A stretch of DNA of 64,000 nt, taken from the IMG/VR virus record IMGVR_UViG_3300014204_000115, positions 115,637-179,636 of that record; one strand, 5' to 3'. Origin of the DNA: a virus (lineage: Duplodnaviria; Heunggongvirae; Uroviricota; Caudoviricetes). The position numbers and the translations under genes are program-made. Numbering within the stretch: the first letter of the stretch is position 1; each line of letters begins with the position of its first letter. The notes beneath the pieces are model-generated. The model was not told the origin of the DNA. It did no database searches and saw only the letters and a program-made list of their open reading frames with translations. This document shows, in pieces, positions 1 to 10,400 of this stretch.

Positions 1-225
1 GATTATTGTTTTTTTTGTGAAAGAATTGTTATTCCAGAAGAGGTAAATACATATAATGAAATAATAGAGTTTTTTAAAAAAAATTCTATTCCATTTACAT
101 TTAACCATACAAAATTTAGTTTTAAATTAGGAAAGAAAATTATATGTACACAATGTAAAAATGAAATGCAGAAGATTTTTGAATATGAAGAATGTGATTG
201 TGAAGAGTGTAAAAACCAAGATTAA
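1..225 (+). CDS. 3' end of upstream gene (partial). Cys-rich C-terminal tail (CxxC..C..C..CxC..C), zinc-finger-like.
   Basis: Frame 1 is open from base 1 to TAA at 223-225. Translation is ..DYCFFCER..CTQCKNE..ECDCEECKNQD*. Confidence 0.35.
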   Translation, partial: DYCFFCERIVIPEEVNTYNEIIEFFKKNSIPFTFNHTKFSFKLGKKIICTQCKNEMQKIFEYEECDCEECKNQD

Positions 226-237
226 AAAAAGAAAGGA

Positions 238-987
238 TTGGAAATAAGAATGGAAAGACAAGTAAATCTAGATACAGTAAAGTATGAAGAATTTTTGAGA
301 ATTTTATTAATTTTAAAAGATATTTGTAATGATGTTGATATTAGAGATGGTTTTATTAGACAGAGATCAAATGATAGTGCAACAGTATTTGAAATTGATT
401 TAACTTCAATTATCTCAGATATAAACCTTCCAATTAGTGAATTAAAAAATAAGTTAGATATTCTTAAATGCTTTACTGGTGGAGAGGTATCGATTTCTAC
501 AGATGATGAAAGTTTTATGATATCAGATCAATATTCACTAATAAAAATTAAAAATCCAATTCTTGAATTTATGGATAATAAATTTCTTACACAGGAAGAA
601 TTATCAAGAGTAATTTCTCCAAATCAAGAAGATTTAATTATTTCAACTCAAATTTCAAAAAAGATTTCTGATAGAATGAGAGTTATAGCATCCAGTTTTC
701 ATATTAATAGTGTTCAAACAGTTTTTGAGGGTGAAGTAGCTAGTATTTCTTGCTCAACTCAGTCAAAAGACAATTTTGCTAAATTCGTAAATGATATAGT
801 TTCAAATAAAGAATTAAATCATTCTGCAAATTTAGTAATAACTCCATTTATTATTGATCATGATGGCGATATTAATTTTGAAATGTTTGATTCTGGAAAT
901 AATGTTGTTATTAATACATTCTCAACCACCATTGGAAGTATTAATTTAAATCTTTACACAAGAGCGAGTATAGTGGAAAATGAATAA
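238..987 (+). CDS. hypothetical protein (249 aa)
   Basis: Long ORF within the + strand tiling; no recognisable motif. Confidence 0.5.
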   Translation: MEIRMERQVNLDTVKYEEFLRILLILKDICNDVDIRDGFIRQRSNDSATVFEIDLTSIISDINLPISELKNKLDILKCFTGGEVSISTDDESFMISDQYSLIKIKNPILEFMDNKFLTQEELSRVISPNQEDLIISTQISKKISDRMRVIASSFHINSVQTVFEGEVASISCSTQSKDNFAKFVNDIVSNKELNHSANLVITPFIIDHDGDINFEMFDSGNNVVINTFSTTIGSINLNLYTRASIVENE

Positions 988-1222
988 TTTTGAAGAAATA
1001 TATACTAAAGTTTTAGAAGATTCAGGTTTTAAGGATATTACTTATGACAGAAAAACAGGTTTTTGTGGAACATTACTACCATATAGTAATATCAGACCAT
1101 TTCAAAAAGAAAAAATTAGATATTACAATATTACAGCTATAATAACAAAATTAATATATACTCAATTAGATAAAATTGAACCTGTTGTAATAAATTGTGA
1201 AAAGGAGGAAGTTTTATTGTGA
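980..1222 (+). CDS. hypothetical protein (80 aa)
   Basis: ORF overlaps neighbours by a few nt (translational-coupling style). Confidence 0.4.
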   Translation: MNNFEEIYTKVLEDSGFKDITYDRKTGFCGTLLPYSNIRPFQKEKIRYYNITAIITKLIYTQLDKIEPVVINCEKEEVLL

Positions 1223-1731
1223 TAATTGGATTAGTTGGAAAATTACAATCTGGAAAAACTACAGTTGCAAATATTCTTAAAGAATTTTATCCTAGTTCTA
1301 TTAAAATTGCTTTTGGTGATGCTGTTAAAGAAATGATTCTTAAAGCTGGACTATGTACAAGAGAAGAATTATGGGGAGTGAAAACTGATTTTTCTAGATT
1401 AATGATGCAAAAAATTGGTACTGATATTATTAGAAAACAGGTTTCTAATAATTTTTGGATAGATAAAATGAGAGAGAAAATTAATCATATATTAGAATCC
1501 AAATCAGATTCTGTTATAATTATTGATGATGTAAGATTTATAAATGAAGCTGAGTTAGTTCGTAATTTGAATGGTAAATTAATTAGAATTGTAAGACCGA
1601 GTTTACAACAAAATAAGAAAGAAAATCTTCATCTTTCAGAAACAGAACAAGATCTTATAAATGTTAACTTTGAAATTATAAATGATAGTAGTTTAGAAGA
1701 TCTTAAAACAAAAGTTTTTAGTAAATTTTAA
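1219..1731 (+). CDS. P-loop NTPase, deoxynucleoside-monophosphate-kinase-like
   Basis: GTG start after AAAGGAGGA. Walker A GLVGKLQSGKTT and acidic IIIDDVRF. Size and layout resemble T4 gp1-type small kinases. Confidence 0.55.
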   Translation: MIIGLVGKLQSGKTTVANILKEFYPSSIKIAFGDAVKEMILKAGLCTREELWGVKTDFSRLMMQKIGTDIIRKQVSNNFWIDKMREKINHILESKSDSVIIIDDVRFINEAELVRNLNGKLIRIVRPSLQQNKKENLHLSETEQDLINVNFEIINDSSLEDLKTKVFSKF

Positions 1732-1747
1732 CGGAGATAAAACTCAA

Positions 1748-2884
1748 GTGAATCCAAGTATTCTTAGTTATTATCCAACATATTCTATATTAGATGAAGT
1801 ATTAACATGTGGTAATTATGATACCTTAAATTTATATATTGACGTTAAAAATGTATTACAATCATTATACATGCAACATACAATAATTGAAATAGTTGAA
1901 AATACACTAAGTTCAAAACATACTGATTCATCTGTATTTGAATCTATATTAAAATTTTTAGCTTTTCATAAACTATATGCTGCTAACAGAAATATTAACA
2001 TTAATTTTTATTTATTTTTAGAAACAGGTAAATCAAACTATCATTTAAATGTTTCAAAAAAATATAAAATTAGAAGAAGAATAGATGATCTATATGGTTT
2101 AGATAGAGAAAAAAGAGATTTATTTTTTCATACTATACAAAAAAATTTTATGTTATTAGAAGCAGCAGCTAATAAGATGCCAAATATAAAAGTTATTAGA
2201 CTTCCAAATTTAGAAGCTGACTTTATACCATATTATTTAATTACAAGAAAATTAGTAGACACATCTAATAATATTGGTCACATTATATATTCAAATGATC
2301 ATGATTTGTTACAATGTTTAAAAGAGCATGTATATGTATATGTTAAAGTACCAAAAGTTAAAAAATTGGTTAAAAATGGCCAAGCTTTAAAATCGTATCT
2401 AAAATTTGAAAAAAATTATCCAGATGAATATCTTCCGTTAGTAATGGCTATAATTGGAGATACTGGCGATGATGTAGATGGAGTTAAAGGAATTGGTGGT
2501 AAAACAGTAGAAAAAATAATTGAAGAAGTTATAGATTTATCTGGAGGAATTGAAAATTTATATCAAAATGTAGTAAAGGGAAAACCAATATTCAATTTAG
2601 ATTTAGAAAATAACTCGAACAAATATATAAATACCATTATTGAAAAAGAAAAAAGCGAAAAATTAATTTCTAATAATTTAAAATTAGTATCTTTTGAAAT
2701 TCTTAGCAGATTTTTAGAAAATCCAATTTCTACTGAAATGTTAGATAAAAAGAAACTAATAGAAAATATTTTAAAACCTAACGAGATTGTTGAAATTGAA
2801 GTTATGAAAGGAGCATTAGAAAGAAGTAGAGTTTATTTAGAAGAAGAAACTCTATATACTATATATTTCAACAAGGGAGATTAA
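1748..2884 (+). CDS. 5'-3' exonuclease / flap endonuclease (T4 RNase H-like, FEN family)
   Basis: H3TH/helical-arch signature AIIGDTGDDVDGVKGIGGKTVEKII, similar to GDxSDNIPGVxGIGxKTA of 5' nucleases. Confidence 0.6.
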   Translation: MNPSILSYYPTYSILDEVLTCGNYDTLNLYIDVKNVLQSLYMQHTIIEIVENTLSSKHTDSSVFESILKFLAFHKLYAANRNININFYLFLETGKSNYHLNVSKKYKIRRRIDDLYGLDREKRDLFFHTIQKNFMLLEAAANKMPNIKVIRLPNLEADFIPYYLITRKLVDTSNNIGHIIYSNDHDLLQCLKEHVYVYVKVPKVKKLVKNGQALKSYLKFEKNYPDEYLPLVMAIIGDTGDDVDGVKGIGGKTVEKIIEEVIDLSGGIENLYQNVVKGKPIFNLDLENNSNKYINTIIEKEKSEKLISNNLKLVSFEILSRFLENPISTEMLDKKKLIENILKPNEIVEIEVMKGALERSRVYLEEETLYTIYFNKGD

Positions 2885-2891
2885 AAATAAA

Positions 2892-3611
2892 ATGTTAAAT
2901 TCTTCAAGACTCTTAAGTTATATAAAAGGTAATATTGGTTTTCCTTGGCAGTTTATTGAATTGACTGACGCAGAGATTTTAGAATATGTAACTCAATTTA
3001 CAATTAGAACATTTGGACATTTTTTTCCAGATGAAAATACTATAGGTTTAAATTTAAATACTACTACGAATAAAGTTCCAAATAAGGCTAATGAATATTA
3101 TATTACAGATCCAGAAGGAAGAGAGATAATTGGTGTATCTCATATTTATTTTGGTCAAGGAAATTTATATATTTTTGGTCATCCACCAATAGGACCAATG
3201 AGTCTTATGGAATTACCACAATGGGCGTTAAGTACTGAAATTGCTGGATGGGTAAAATCATTCTCATCTTGGAATTATACTTTTGTTTTTAAATCTCCTA
3301 ATATTATTTCAATTAGACCAACACCAACTTCTGAAACTTGGGTTGCAGTTGAATATGAGAGAGAACATTCAGATGATTTTTCAACTATACCAAATGAATT
3401 ACAAATGTACTTCTGTGATCTTTGCTTGGCTGATATAATGATCATGATTGGAAGAATAAGAAAAAAATATGGTGCAGGCGGATTAAAAAGTCCATTTGGC
3501 GAAATACCTCTTTCTGACGAAATTTATGAAGAAGGAAAAGAAAAACGAGCAGAAGTAATTGAAAAATTAACAAGCGGCGCATTGACAAATGTTGTAATTT
3601 CGTTTGGATAA
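2892..3611 (+). CDS. hypothetical protein (239 aa)
   Basis: ORF in tiling; no motif recognised. Confidence 0.5.
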   Translation: MLNSSRLLSYIKGNIGFPWQFIELTDAEILEYVTQFTIRTFGHFFPDENTIGLNLNTTTNKVPNKANEYYITDPEGREIIGVSHIYFGQGNLYIFGHPPIGPMSLMELPQWALSTEIAGWVKSFSSWNYTFVFKSPNIISIRPTPTSETWVAVEYEREHSDDFSTIPNELQMYFCDLCLADIMIMIGRIRKKYGAGGLKSPFGEIPLSDEIYEEGKEKRAEVIEKLTSGALTNVVISFG

Positions 3612-3706
3612 TAAGTTCTTACTCTTAAATGACTAAGACTAAAACATAGACCTTACCAGAAATGCTGAGATTCTAGTGATATTTTTAATTTATAAGGAGA
3701 AATAAG

Positions 3707-4225
3707 ATGACAGGTTCAATAGACAGAATGGTAGTTGATAAGGTTAAGTTATTAGAAGCATTAAAAACAAATAAGAAAAAATATAAAGAATTATATGAAT
3801 TAGCAGTAAAAAATTATTGGAAATTAGCAGTTTTAAAACTAACAAAAATGCTAGAAAGAGCAAAAGCTAAAAGAAAAATTGAATTTTTAAATATTACTTT
3901 ACCTGTTAATCATGAAAATGATTATGATCTAGTAATTAAAATGCTAGAATTTTCAGAAGATAAAAATATTAGTTTAACACCAGCAGAATTTTCAAAATAT
4001 ATTTTAAATGATTGGAGTTGGAAATCTGAATTTATTGGCGTAACAACTGTATTAGCAAAAGGCGCTTATTATGGTTATAGTGGTATAAGCGGATATTCAG
4101 GATATGCAGGAATTACAACTACTTCACCAAAAATAGAATATTCTGGAAATCTATCAAATGATGAAGATGATTTTGACTATGATGAAGAAACTAAAGAATT
4201 TTTAGATAAAATAGATAAATTTTAA
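3707..4225 (+). CDS. hypothetical protein (172 aa)
   Basis: RBS AAGGAGAAATAAG precedes the ATG. Confidence 0.5.
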   Translation: MTGSIDRMVVDKVKLLEALKTNKKKYKELYELAVKNYWKLAVLKLTKMLERAKAKRKIEFLNITLPVNHENDYDLVIKMLEFSEDKNISLTPAEFSKYILNDWSWKSEFIGVTTVLAKGAYYGYSGISGYSGYAGITTTSPKIEYSGNLSNDEDDFDYDEETKEFLDKIDKF

Positions 4226-4230
4226 ATAGA

Positions 4231-4275
4231 AAAACCAACCTGAATATTTTCATAATATTTAGGTTGGTTTTCATA
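4231..4275 (+). terminator. Rho-independent terminator-like hairpin
   Basis: 18-bp stem aaaaccaacctgaatatt / aatatttaggttggtttt (one G:U), 5-nt loop, followed by TTTT. Confidence 0.5.
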
Positions 4276-4289
4276 GAAAGGAAAGTATC

Positions 4290-4538
4290 ATGGAATTTAA
4301 TGAGTTAATGCAACTTTGTAATGAACTAGAAGAGTATTCTAATTTAGAAGGAACTGAGTTTGGAGAAGTTTGTAACGCACTAATATTATTAGCTAATTAT
4401 TATTCTATTTTATCAGAACCTCTTAGAAAAAGTGTAGAAGAAGAAATAATAGCAAATCTTAATTATTTTAAAGAAAATTGCGTAATAAATACAGAAGAAA
4501 CAATACCTGTAAAAGTAAGAAAATTAGATTGGAACTAA
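4290..4538 (+). CDS. hypothetical protein (82 aa)
   Basis: ORF with RBS GAAAGGAAAG upstream. Confidence 0.45.
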   Translation: MEFNELMQLCNELEEYSNLEGTEFGEVCNALILLANYYSILSEPLRKSVEEEIIANLNYFKENCVINTEETIPVKVRKLDWN

Positions 4539-4550
4539 TATGGAGAAATT

Positions 4551-5105
4551 ATGATTTGGAATGGATATATTTATCATTACTTATTAGATTTTAGTGATGT
4601 TAATAAAATTTTAAAAAGTGGTAAATTATATCCAATAGATGAACTAAAAGATGCTAAGATAATTAAATTTTATTCTGATTTATCAATTAGTAATAAATTA
4701 GAAGGTTCAAGTGAAGAAAAAGATGATTTAGAAAATGCTGAAATTCATTGGAAGCATTTTTATGATAAATTTTATAAAAATGTTTTAAAAGAACCATATA
4801 AACATTATGGTATTTATATGACCACTGTTGATTTATTTTCTTTTGACAACAATATCAATTATAGATTTAAATTTATATATGAAGATTTAAAAAATTTTAA
4901 ATCTGTCATTCAAGTTTCAGGTAAAGTTAAAAAAATTAATAATTCAAAAGATATAGAATTAACAGCAAATGTATATAGTAATACTAATTTAGTTAAAAGA
5001 ATTTGGGAATCAACAAAACGATTTAAATTTAAAAGATTACCCCAAATAGTTGTATTTTGTGATTCTATAAAAATTGATAAAACTATGTTGGAAGAAAGGA
5101 ACTAA
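4551..5105 (+). CDS. hypothetical protein (184 aa)
   Basis: ORF in tiling. Confidence 0.5.
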   Translation: MIWNGYIYHYLLDFSDVNKILKSGKLYPIDELKDAKIIKFYSDLSISNKLEGSSEEKDDLENAEIHWKHFYDKFYKNVLKEPYKHYGIYMTTVDLFSFDNNINYRFKFIYEDLKNFKSVIQVSGKVKKINNSKDIELTANVYSNTNLVKRIWESTKRFKFKRLPQIVVFCDSIKIDKTMLEERN

Positions 5106-5107
5106 TT

Positions 5108-5632
5108 TTGAATCTAGATAATAAAAAGTTATTTTGCGGAATTGATGCATCTTTTAGTGGTACTGGTCTTGTTGTTATTGACAACGAATTTAAAATTGTT
5201 GATCAAAAACTAATTTCAACAAAAAAGAAAGATGATGATTATGATATTGAAAAAAGAATGATTTTTATTGTTGAAGAATTATCCTTATTTCTTACAAAAT
5301 ATTTTATTGATTTAAAATTTACCATGATTGAAGGAATAAGTTATGGTTCTACAGGTGATGGTGCTGCTCAATTGGCCGCGCTAAATTATTTTATTCGAAT
5401 TTTCCTTTTTGAAAACAAAGTTAATTATTCTGAAGTAACACCTAGCAGATTAAAAAAATTTGTATCAGGAAAAGGTCAGTCTAAAAAAGAAATGATGTTA
5501 AAAGAAGTATATAAAAGATGGGGCGAAGATTTTGACGATAATAATTTGTGCGATAGCTACTGTTTAGCAAGATATGCACATGATACTTTTTTTAAGAAAA
5601 ATAATCTTTTAAAATTGAAAGAGGTAAAATAA
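5108..5632 (+). CDS. RuvC-like Holliday junction resolvase
   Basis: TTG start. N-terminal GIDASFSGTGLVV, MIEGISYGS and C-terminal DNNLCDSYCLARYA match the RuvC/RNase H-fold catalytic layout of phage resolvases. Confidence 0.6.
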   Translation: MNLDNKKLFCGIDASFSGTGLVVIDNEFKIVDQKLISTKKKDDDYDIEKRMIFIVEELSLFLTKYFIDLKFTMIEGISYGSTGDGAAQLAALNYFIRIFLFENKVNYSEVTPSRLKKFVSGKGQSKKEMMLKEVYKRWGEDFDDNNLCDSYCLARYAHDTFFKKNNLLKLKEVK

Positions 5633-5784
5633 TGTTTAAAAATTTAACAATAATGAGTATTATAAATCTTTTATTTATCTATGATTGTTTTTTCTGGCCT
5701 ATAGATTTTAGTAGAGATGCAAAATATTGGGGTGATATTTATGATGAGAGATGTAGTGGTAATACATATAGGGATAAAAAATAA
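5632..5784 (+). CDS. small hydrophobic protein (50 aa), tentative
   Basis: ATG overlaps the upstream stop (TAATG), GAGG RBS. The hydrophobic N-terminus is not in the ORF track (<60 aa). Confidence 0.3.
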   Translation: MFKNLTIMSIINLLFIYDCFFWPIDFSRDAKYWGDIYDERCSGNTYRDKK

Positions 5785-6902
5785 TGAGTTTTAAAAATGA
5801 AAAAATAAAAGAAAAATGGAAAAATAAAGAAGATCCCAATAACAAAAAAAGAATATTAATTTTACAAGAAATATCTAGAAATAAAAAAGATACAAAATGG
5901 AAAAAAAGAAATTGTTTATCTAGAAGCGAAAAAACAGAAAACTTTAATAAATTAGTTTTAAATATTAATAAAAATTTTGAAAAGAAAAAAGATTTAGTTT
6001 GTAGAATTTGTAATAAAACATGCAAAGATTTTAAATCATTTTCATCACATATATCACAAACTCATAACATTTTAATTAAAGATTATTATGATTTTTTTAT
6101 AAAAAAAGATGAAGAAGGATTTTGTAAAATTTGTAGTAAATTAACTAGATTTATAAGTTATAAAAATGGATATTCAATTTTTTGTTCATCAATGAAGTGT
6201 GTAAATAATGATCCAAATAGAATATTATCTATAAAAAATTCTGATAAATGGAAAAATATAGATTATAGAAAAAAATTATCAAATAATACAAAAAACCAAT
6301 GGATAAATAATTATGAATATATAAAATTAATGACAACACCAAAAAGTATATTTAGAATCAAACAAGCAAAATCTCAAATTATAAGATATCAAAATAAAGA
6401 AGAAAGAATAAAAACATCAGAATCAATTAAAAGAGCATATATTAATAATCCAAATTTAAGAATTAATGCATCTAATCATACTAAAAAAATGTGGATAGAT
6501 CCTAATAGCAAATTTAATTCAGAAGAATATTTAAAAAAAATTATGTCATATTTTAGAAAGGGATTAAAAACAACACCAGAAAAGAAAATAGAGATGATTT
6601 TAAGTGAATTAATAGGACATAATTTTAAATTTACAGGAAACGGATCTTTTTGGATTAATAGAAAAAATCCAGATTTTACAGATGTTAAAAATAAAAAAGT
6701 AATAGAAGTTTTTGGTGATTATTATCATTCTGAATATTTTAGAAAAAAATTTAATGATTTTTCAACGAATGAAGAACATCAATTAAATAGAGAAAATCAT
6801 TTTAAACAATCTGGTTTTAATTGTTTAATTTTATGGGAGATAGAAATCAAAAATTTAGATTTATGTAAAGATAAAATTATACAATTTATTGGAGAAAAAT
6901 AA
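5784..6902 (+). CDS. putative freestanding homing endonuclease: Lys-rich, C2H2/CxxC zinc fingers, NUMOD3-like repeats, C-terminal Vsr/DUF559-like PD-(D/E)XK nuclease motif
   Basis: Zinc fingers CRICNKTC..H..H and CKICSKL. Repeated K-x-S-E/N-x-x-K units (RIKTSESIKRAY, ASNHTKKMW, KKLSNNTKNQW). C-terminus VIEVFGDYYHSEYF...GFNCLILWEIEI. It sits between core replication genes, and its codon usage is richer in A/K than neighbours. Confidence 0.45.
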   Translation: MSFKNEKIKEKWKNKEDPNNKKRILILQEISRNKKDTKWKKRNCLSRSEKTENFNKLVLNINKNFEKKKDLVCRICNKTCKDFKSFSSHISQTHNILIKDYYDFFIKKDEEGFCKICSKLTRFISYKNGYSIFCSSMKCVNNDPNRILSIKNSDKWKNIDYRKKLSNNTKNQWINNYEYIKLMTTPKSIFRIKQAKSQIIRYQNKEERIKTSESIKRAYINNPNLRINASNHTKKMWIDPNSKFNSEEYLKKIMSYFRKGLKTTPEKKIEMILSELIGHNFKFTGNGSFWINRKNPDFTDVKNKKVIEVFGDYYHSEYFRKKFNDFSTNEEHQLNRENHFKQSGFNCLILWEIEIKNLDLCKDKIIQFIGEK

Positions 6903-6903
6903 A

Positions 6904-7311
6904 ATGGAAAAATTTGTTATTCACCTACATGAAGCCATTAGAAAGGGTACACATTTTGATCTGCGCTTTAGTATTCCTGATTCTAGAAATTGGGCTAGTT
7001 TTGTATTCAATAAATTTCCGCCTTTAGAACCTGGAGAAAGAGTTTACATACCAAGGGCACCGGATCATAATTTGGAAAATGCATTATTTACTGGAGAAAT
7101 AAAATCTGGTTATGGTGCAGGAAGTTTAAAAAAAGTTGATGGTGGTTCTTGTGATGTAATTAAATACACTAATGCTCATATTGTTGTAAATTTTAAAGGA
7201 AAGAAATTACAGGGAATTTATCATTTTATAAATGCAGGAGTGTTTGGTCGAAGAAGACAATATAATAAAAAAGTATATGCATTTTTTAAAGGAAAAATTG
7301 AATCTAATTAA
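6904..7311 (+). CDS. LigD-type 3'-phosphoesterase (PE) domain protein, standalone
   Basis: FVIHLHEAIRKGTHFDLRF...WASF...FTGEIKSGYGAGSL matches the LigD PE-domain signature (Q-x-H-x-A-x-x-x-HYDLRLE ... EG-x-IP-x-YGAG). The ORF track starts at a TTG at 6889; ATG at 6904 after GGAGAAAAATAAA is preferred. Confidence 0.6.
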   Translation: MEKFVIHLHEAIRKGTHFDLRFSIPDSRNWASFVFNKFPPLEPGERVYIPRAPDHNLENALFTGEIKSGYGAGSLKKVDGGSCDVIKYTNAHIVVNFKGKKLQGIYHFINAGVFGRRRQYNKKVYAFFKGKIESN

Positions 7312-7469
7312 AATTATCCCGCCTAGTTAAAAATCAAAAAACATAAAAATCTAGATTGATTCTTGTAAGTTTTACGTCAATCCCAGATAATTTTAGAAAC
7401 TATTTTAATATTAAAGAACAAATTAATAGTAAATCAACTTATTATAAAAATTATAGGAGAGAAATATCA

Positions 7470-10400
7470 ATGGGTAAAAAAGTTATTTTGTCAAAAAATG
7501 CAGAAGAAGTAGCAAAATCTAGATACTTTAATGAGGGCGAGGATTGGGAAACATGTACTAGAAGAGTAGCAGATGCAATTGCTCATGTAGAAAAAGATAA
7601 AGAAATATATGCACAAAAATTTCAAGAAATGATCTATAACATGGACTTTATTCCTGCGGGTAGAATTTTAAGAAATGCTTCTAGAGCAAAAGGTAGTTTA
7701 ATGAATTGCTATGTAATACCAATAGGAGATTCAATAGAAGAAATTGGAAAATTTATTGCTGATAGTCTGACTTTATGGAGTGAAGGAGGTGGAGTTGGGT
7801 GTCTTTTTTCACCTCTAAGACCAAAGAATGAAAAAATTCTTGGCAAAGGTGGCAAGTCATCAGGAATGGTTAGTTTTATTAAAGCTGCAGATGCTGTTTC
7901 TAAAACTATTGAAAGTGGTGGTCAGAGAAGAGCTGCAGCTTTAGCTTGTTGTGACGTATCTCACCCAGAAGTTCTAGATTTTATCAACGCAAAATTAGTT
8001 GATGGAGATATTTCTCATTTTAACATTTCAGTTTTAGTTGATGAAGAATTTATTAAAGCAGTTGAATCTGATAATGATTGGACTTTTAAGTTTAAACAGA
8101 AAGAATATGGTAAAGTAAAAGCTAGAGAAATTTGGAATTTAATTGTTGATAATATGATTAAAAAAGCTGAGCCAGGATTTTTAAATAAAACCAATCTTTA
8201 TAAAAATAATTCATATTATTATGATCCAGTAGTTTCAACAAACCCATGCATAACTGGGGATACTTTAGTTTATGTAGCAGATGGAAGGGGCCATGTTTCT
8301 ATTAAAACATTATCAGAAGAAGATAAGGATATTCCAGTATTTTCTTATAATGAAAGTAAAAAACAAGTTGAAGTAAAAATAATGAGAAGACCTAGAATAA
8401 CTGGGTATAATCAAAAAATATTAAAGATTACTTTAGATGATGGTTCTGTTTTTAGATGCACAGAAAATCATAAGATTTTTATGAAAGATGGATCACTAAA
8501 AAGAGCAGATGGGATTTTACCAGGAGATCGATTAACACATTTAATTTCTTATAATGCTCCACTAGAAGAAATTTTTCCTGATTCAAATTCTAAATCTCAA
8601 GATTATAGATGGATATTGAATAAAGGATATTCAATTTCAGAACATAGATTAATTGCATCATATAAAATTGGAAGAAATTTAAAAACAGGAGAAATTGTTC
8701 ATCATTGTGACAGAAATGGATTAAATAATAGTTTTGAAAATCTTGAAGTAATGATAAAAAAAGATCATGATAAATTACACGGAGATCTAATAAGAGGAGA
8801 TAATAATCCAATGAGGAGATTTCCAGAAAAGAATTATTTTAAATATCATAAATTTTTAGGAATTGAAAACGGAAATAGTATGGGTTTTACAAAAGAAGAG
8901 ATAATGGATAAAGCAATTGAATTTTGTAAATCTCTTACTAGAAAATCACATGTTGGTGAATGGAAGGAATATTGTAGAAAAAATAACTTTCCATATGATA
9001 GTTTTTATATTTTTGGCGATTACGGTCATATTGGCGGATTTCTAGAAGAAGCAGCAAGAAGAGCTAATGTAGTAAATTTTGATAGTTATCATCATGGTGA
9101 ATATAATAAGTATTTGAAATTAAAAGAAGAAACAGATTTAAATATATTCTTTGATAATGGAATTTTTGTGAAGAAGATTTGTGAAGGATGTAAGGAAGAG
9201 TTTATTGTTCCTTGGTCTTATAGAGAAGCCTCTTATCATACAAGAACTTGTTTTAACATCTCAGAACATAAAAAACAAAAAACAAGAGAAGATCGAAAAA
9301 CAAAATATAACGAAAATAAAGAAAATATCTTTAGAGTTTTTAAAGAGCTAGAAACTAAATTTGGAAGAAAACCCTTACTTTATGAGTTAACTGAAGAATG
9401 TAGAAAACAAAAAGTTAGTTTAGTTTTACATGGTTATAAAAAACCATCAGAAGATTATTTTGGATATTATAATGATGTAGTAAATTGGGTTGAAAATAGA
9501 CAAATTAATTATCAAGTAGTTTCTATCGAAGAAGATGGTTTTGAAGATGTGTATAATGGAACTGTTGACGATAATCATAATTTTTATTCAATGGTTAATA
9601 ATAATCAAACAGAATCTGGAAAATCTAAATATAATTATATACTTAGCAAACAATGCGGTGAAGCAATTTTATCAAATTATGAATCATGTGATTTAGGTTC
9701 TTTAGTATTACCAAATTTTATTACAGGAAATGTAAATACGAATTGGAAAAAATTAGGAGAAACTATTAAATTAGCTGTAAGATTTTTAGATAATGTAATT
9801 GATGTAAATAAATATTCTCTAAAAGAAATTGATATTAAAACTCATAATTCAAGAAGAATTGGATTAGGTATTATGGGTTTAGCTGAATATTTATTTTCTA
9901 AAGAATTAAGGTATGGTTCTAAAGAAGCTATAAATGAAATTGAAAAACTAATGAGATTTATTAGAGATAATATTTACCAGACACTAGTTGAATTATCAGT
10001 AGAAAAAGGATCATTCCCAAAATTTGATTCAGTTCAATATGGAAATGCATCATTTGTAAGGAAACTCCCTGCTCAACTTAGAATGGATATTAAAAAATAT
10101 GGTGTAAGATGTGTATCAGGAATGGCTATGGCTCCTAATGGTACAATTTCCCTATTACCTGAAGTAACAAGTGGAATTGAACCCTTAATGTTTAAGGCTT
10201 ATAAAAGAAAAGATAGGGTTGGAGAAAGAATTTATATTCATCCAAAGTATAAAGAGATACTTTTAAGAGGAGATTCTGTCCCGGATTGGTATGTAGATAT
10301 GTCGGATTTAACTCCAAAAGATCATTTTGAAACTCAAGCTATTATTCAAAGATATACTGATGGAGCTGTAAGTAAAACTATTAATCTTCCAGAAGGAACG

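Noticed and set aside
5708-6025. Minus-strand ORFs from the six-frame track (for example 5708-6025, 8590-8811, 10958-11362, 14054-14248, 16203-16478, 19183-19533, 24373-24651, 34277-34564, 35716-35955, 42922-43167, 51696-51941, 62152-62361, 62726-63007)
   Set aside because: Every one lies entirely inside or antisense to a + strand gene with recognisable domains or clean tiling. Their products are low-complexity and L/F/I/S-rich, as expected from the antisense of AT-rich coding DNA. None has a plausible RBS.
7356-7469. ORF-track start of the RNR at 7356 (and similar TTG/GTG-initiated extensions at 6889, 12692, 16096, 24203)
   Set aside because: These begin at non-ATG codons that the ORF caller rendered as M and run through the upstream gene's 3' end or spacer. 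In each case an ATG with a canonical GGAG-type RBS occurs downstream and matches the conserved protein N-terminus.
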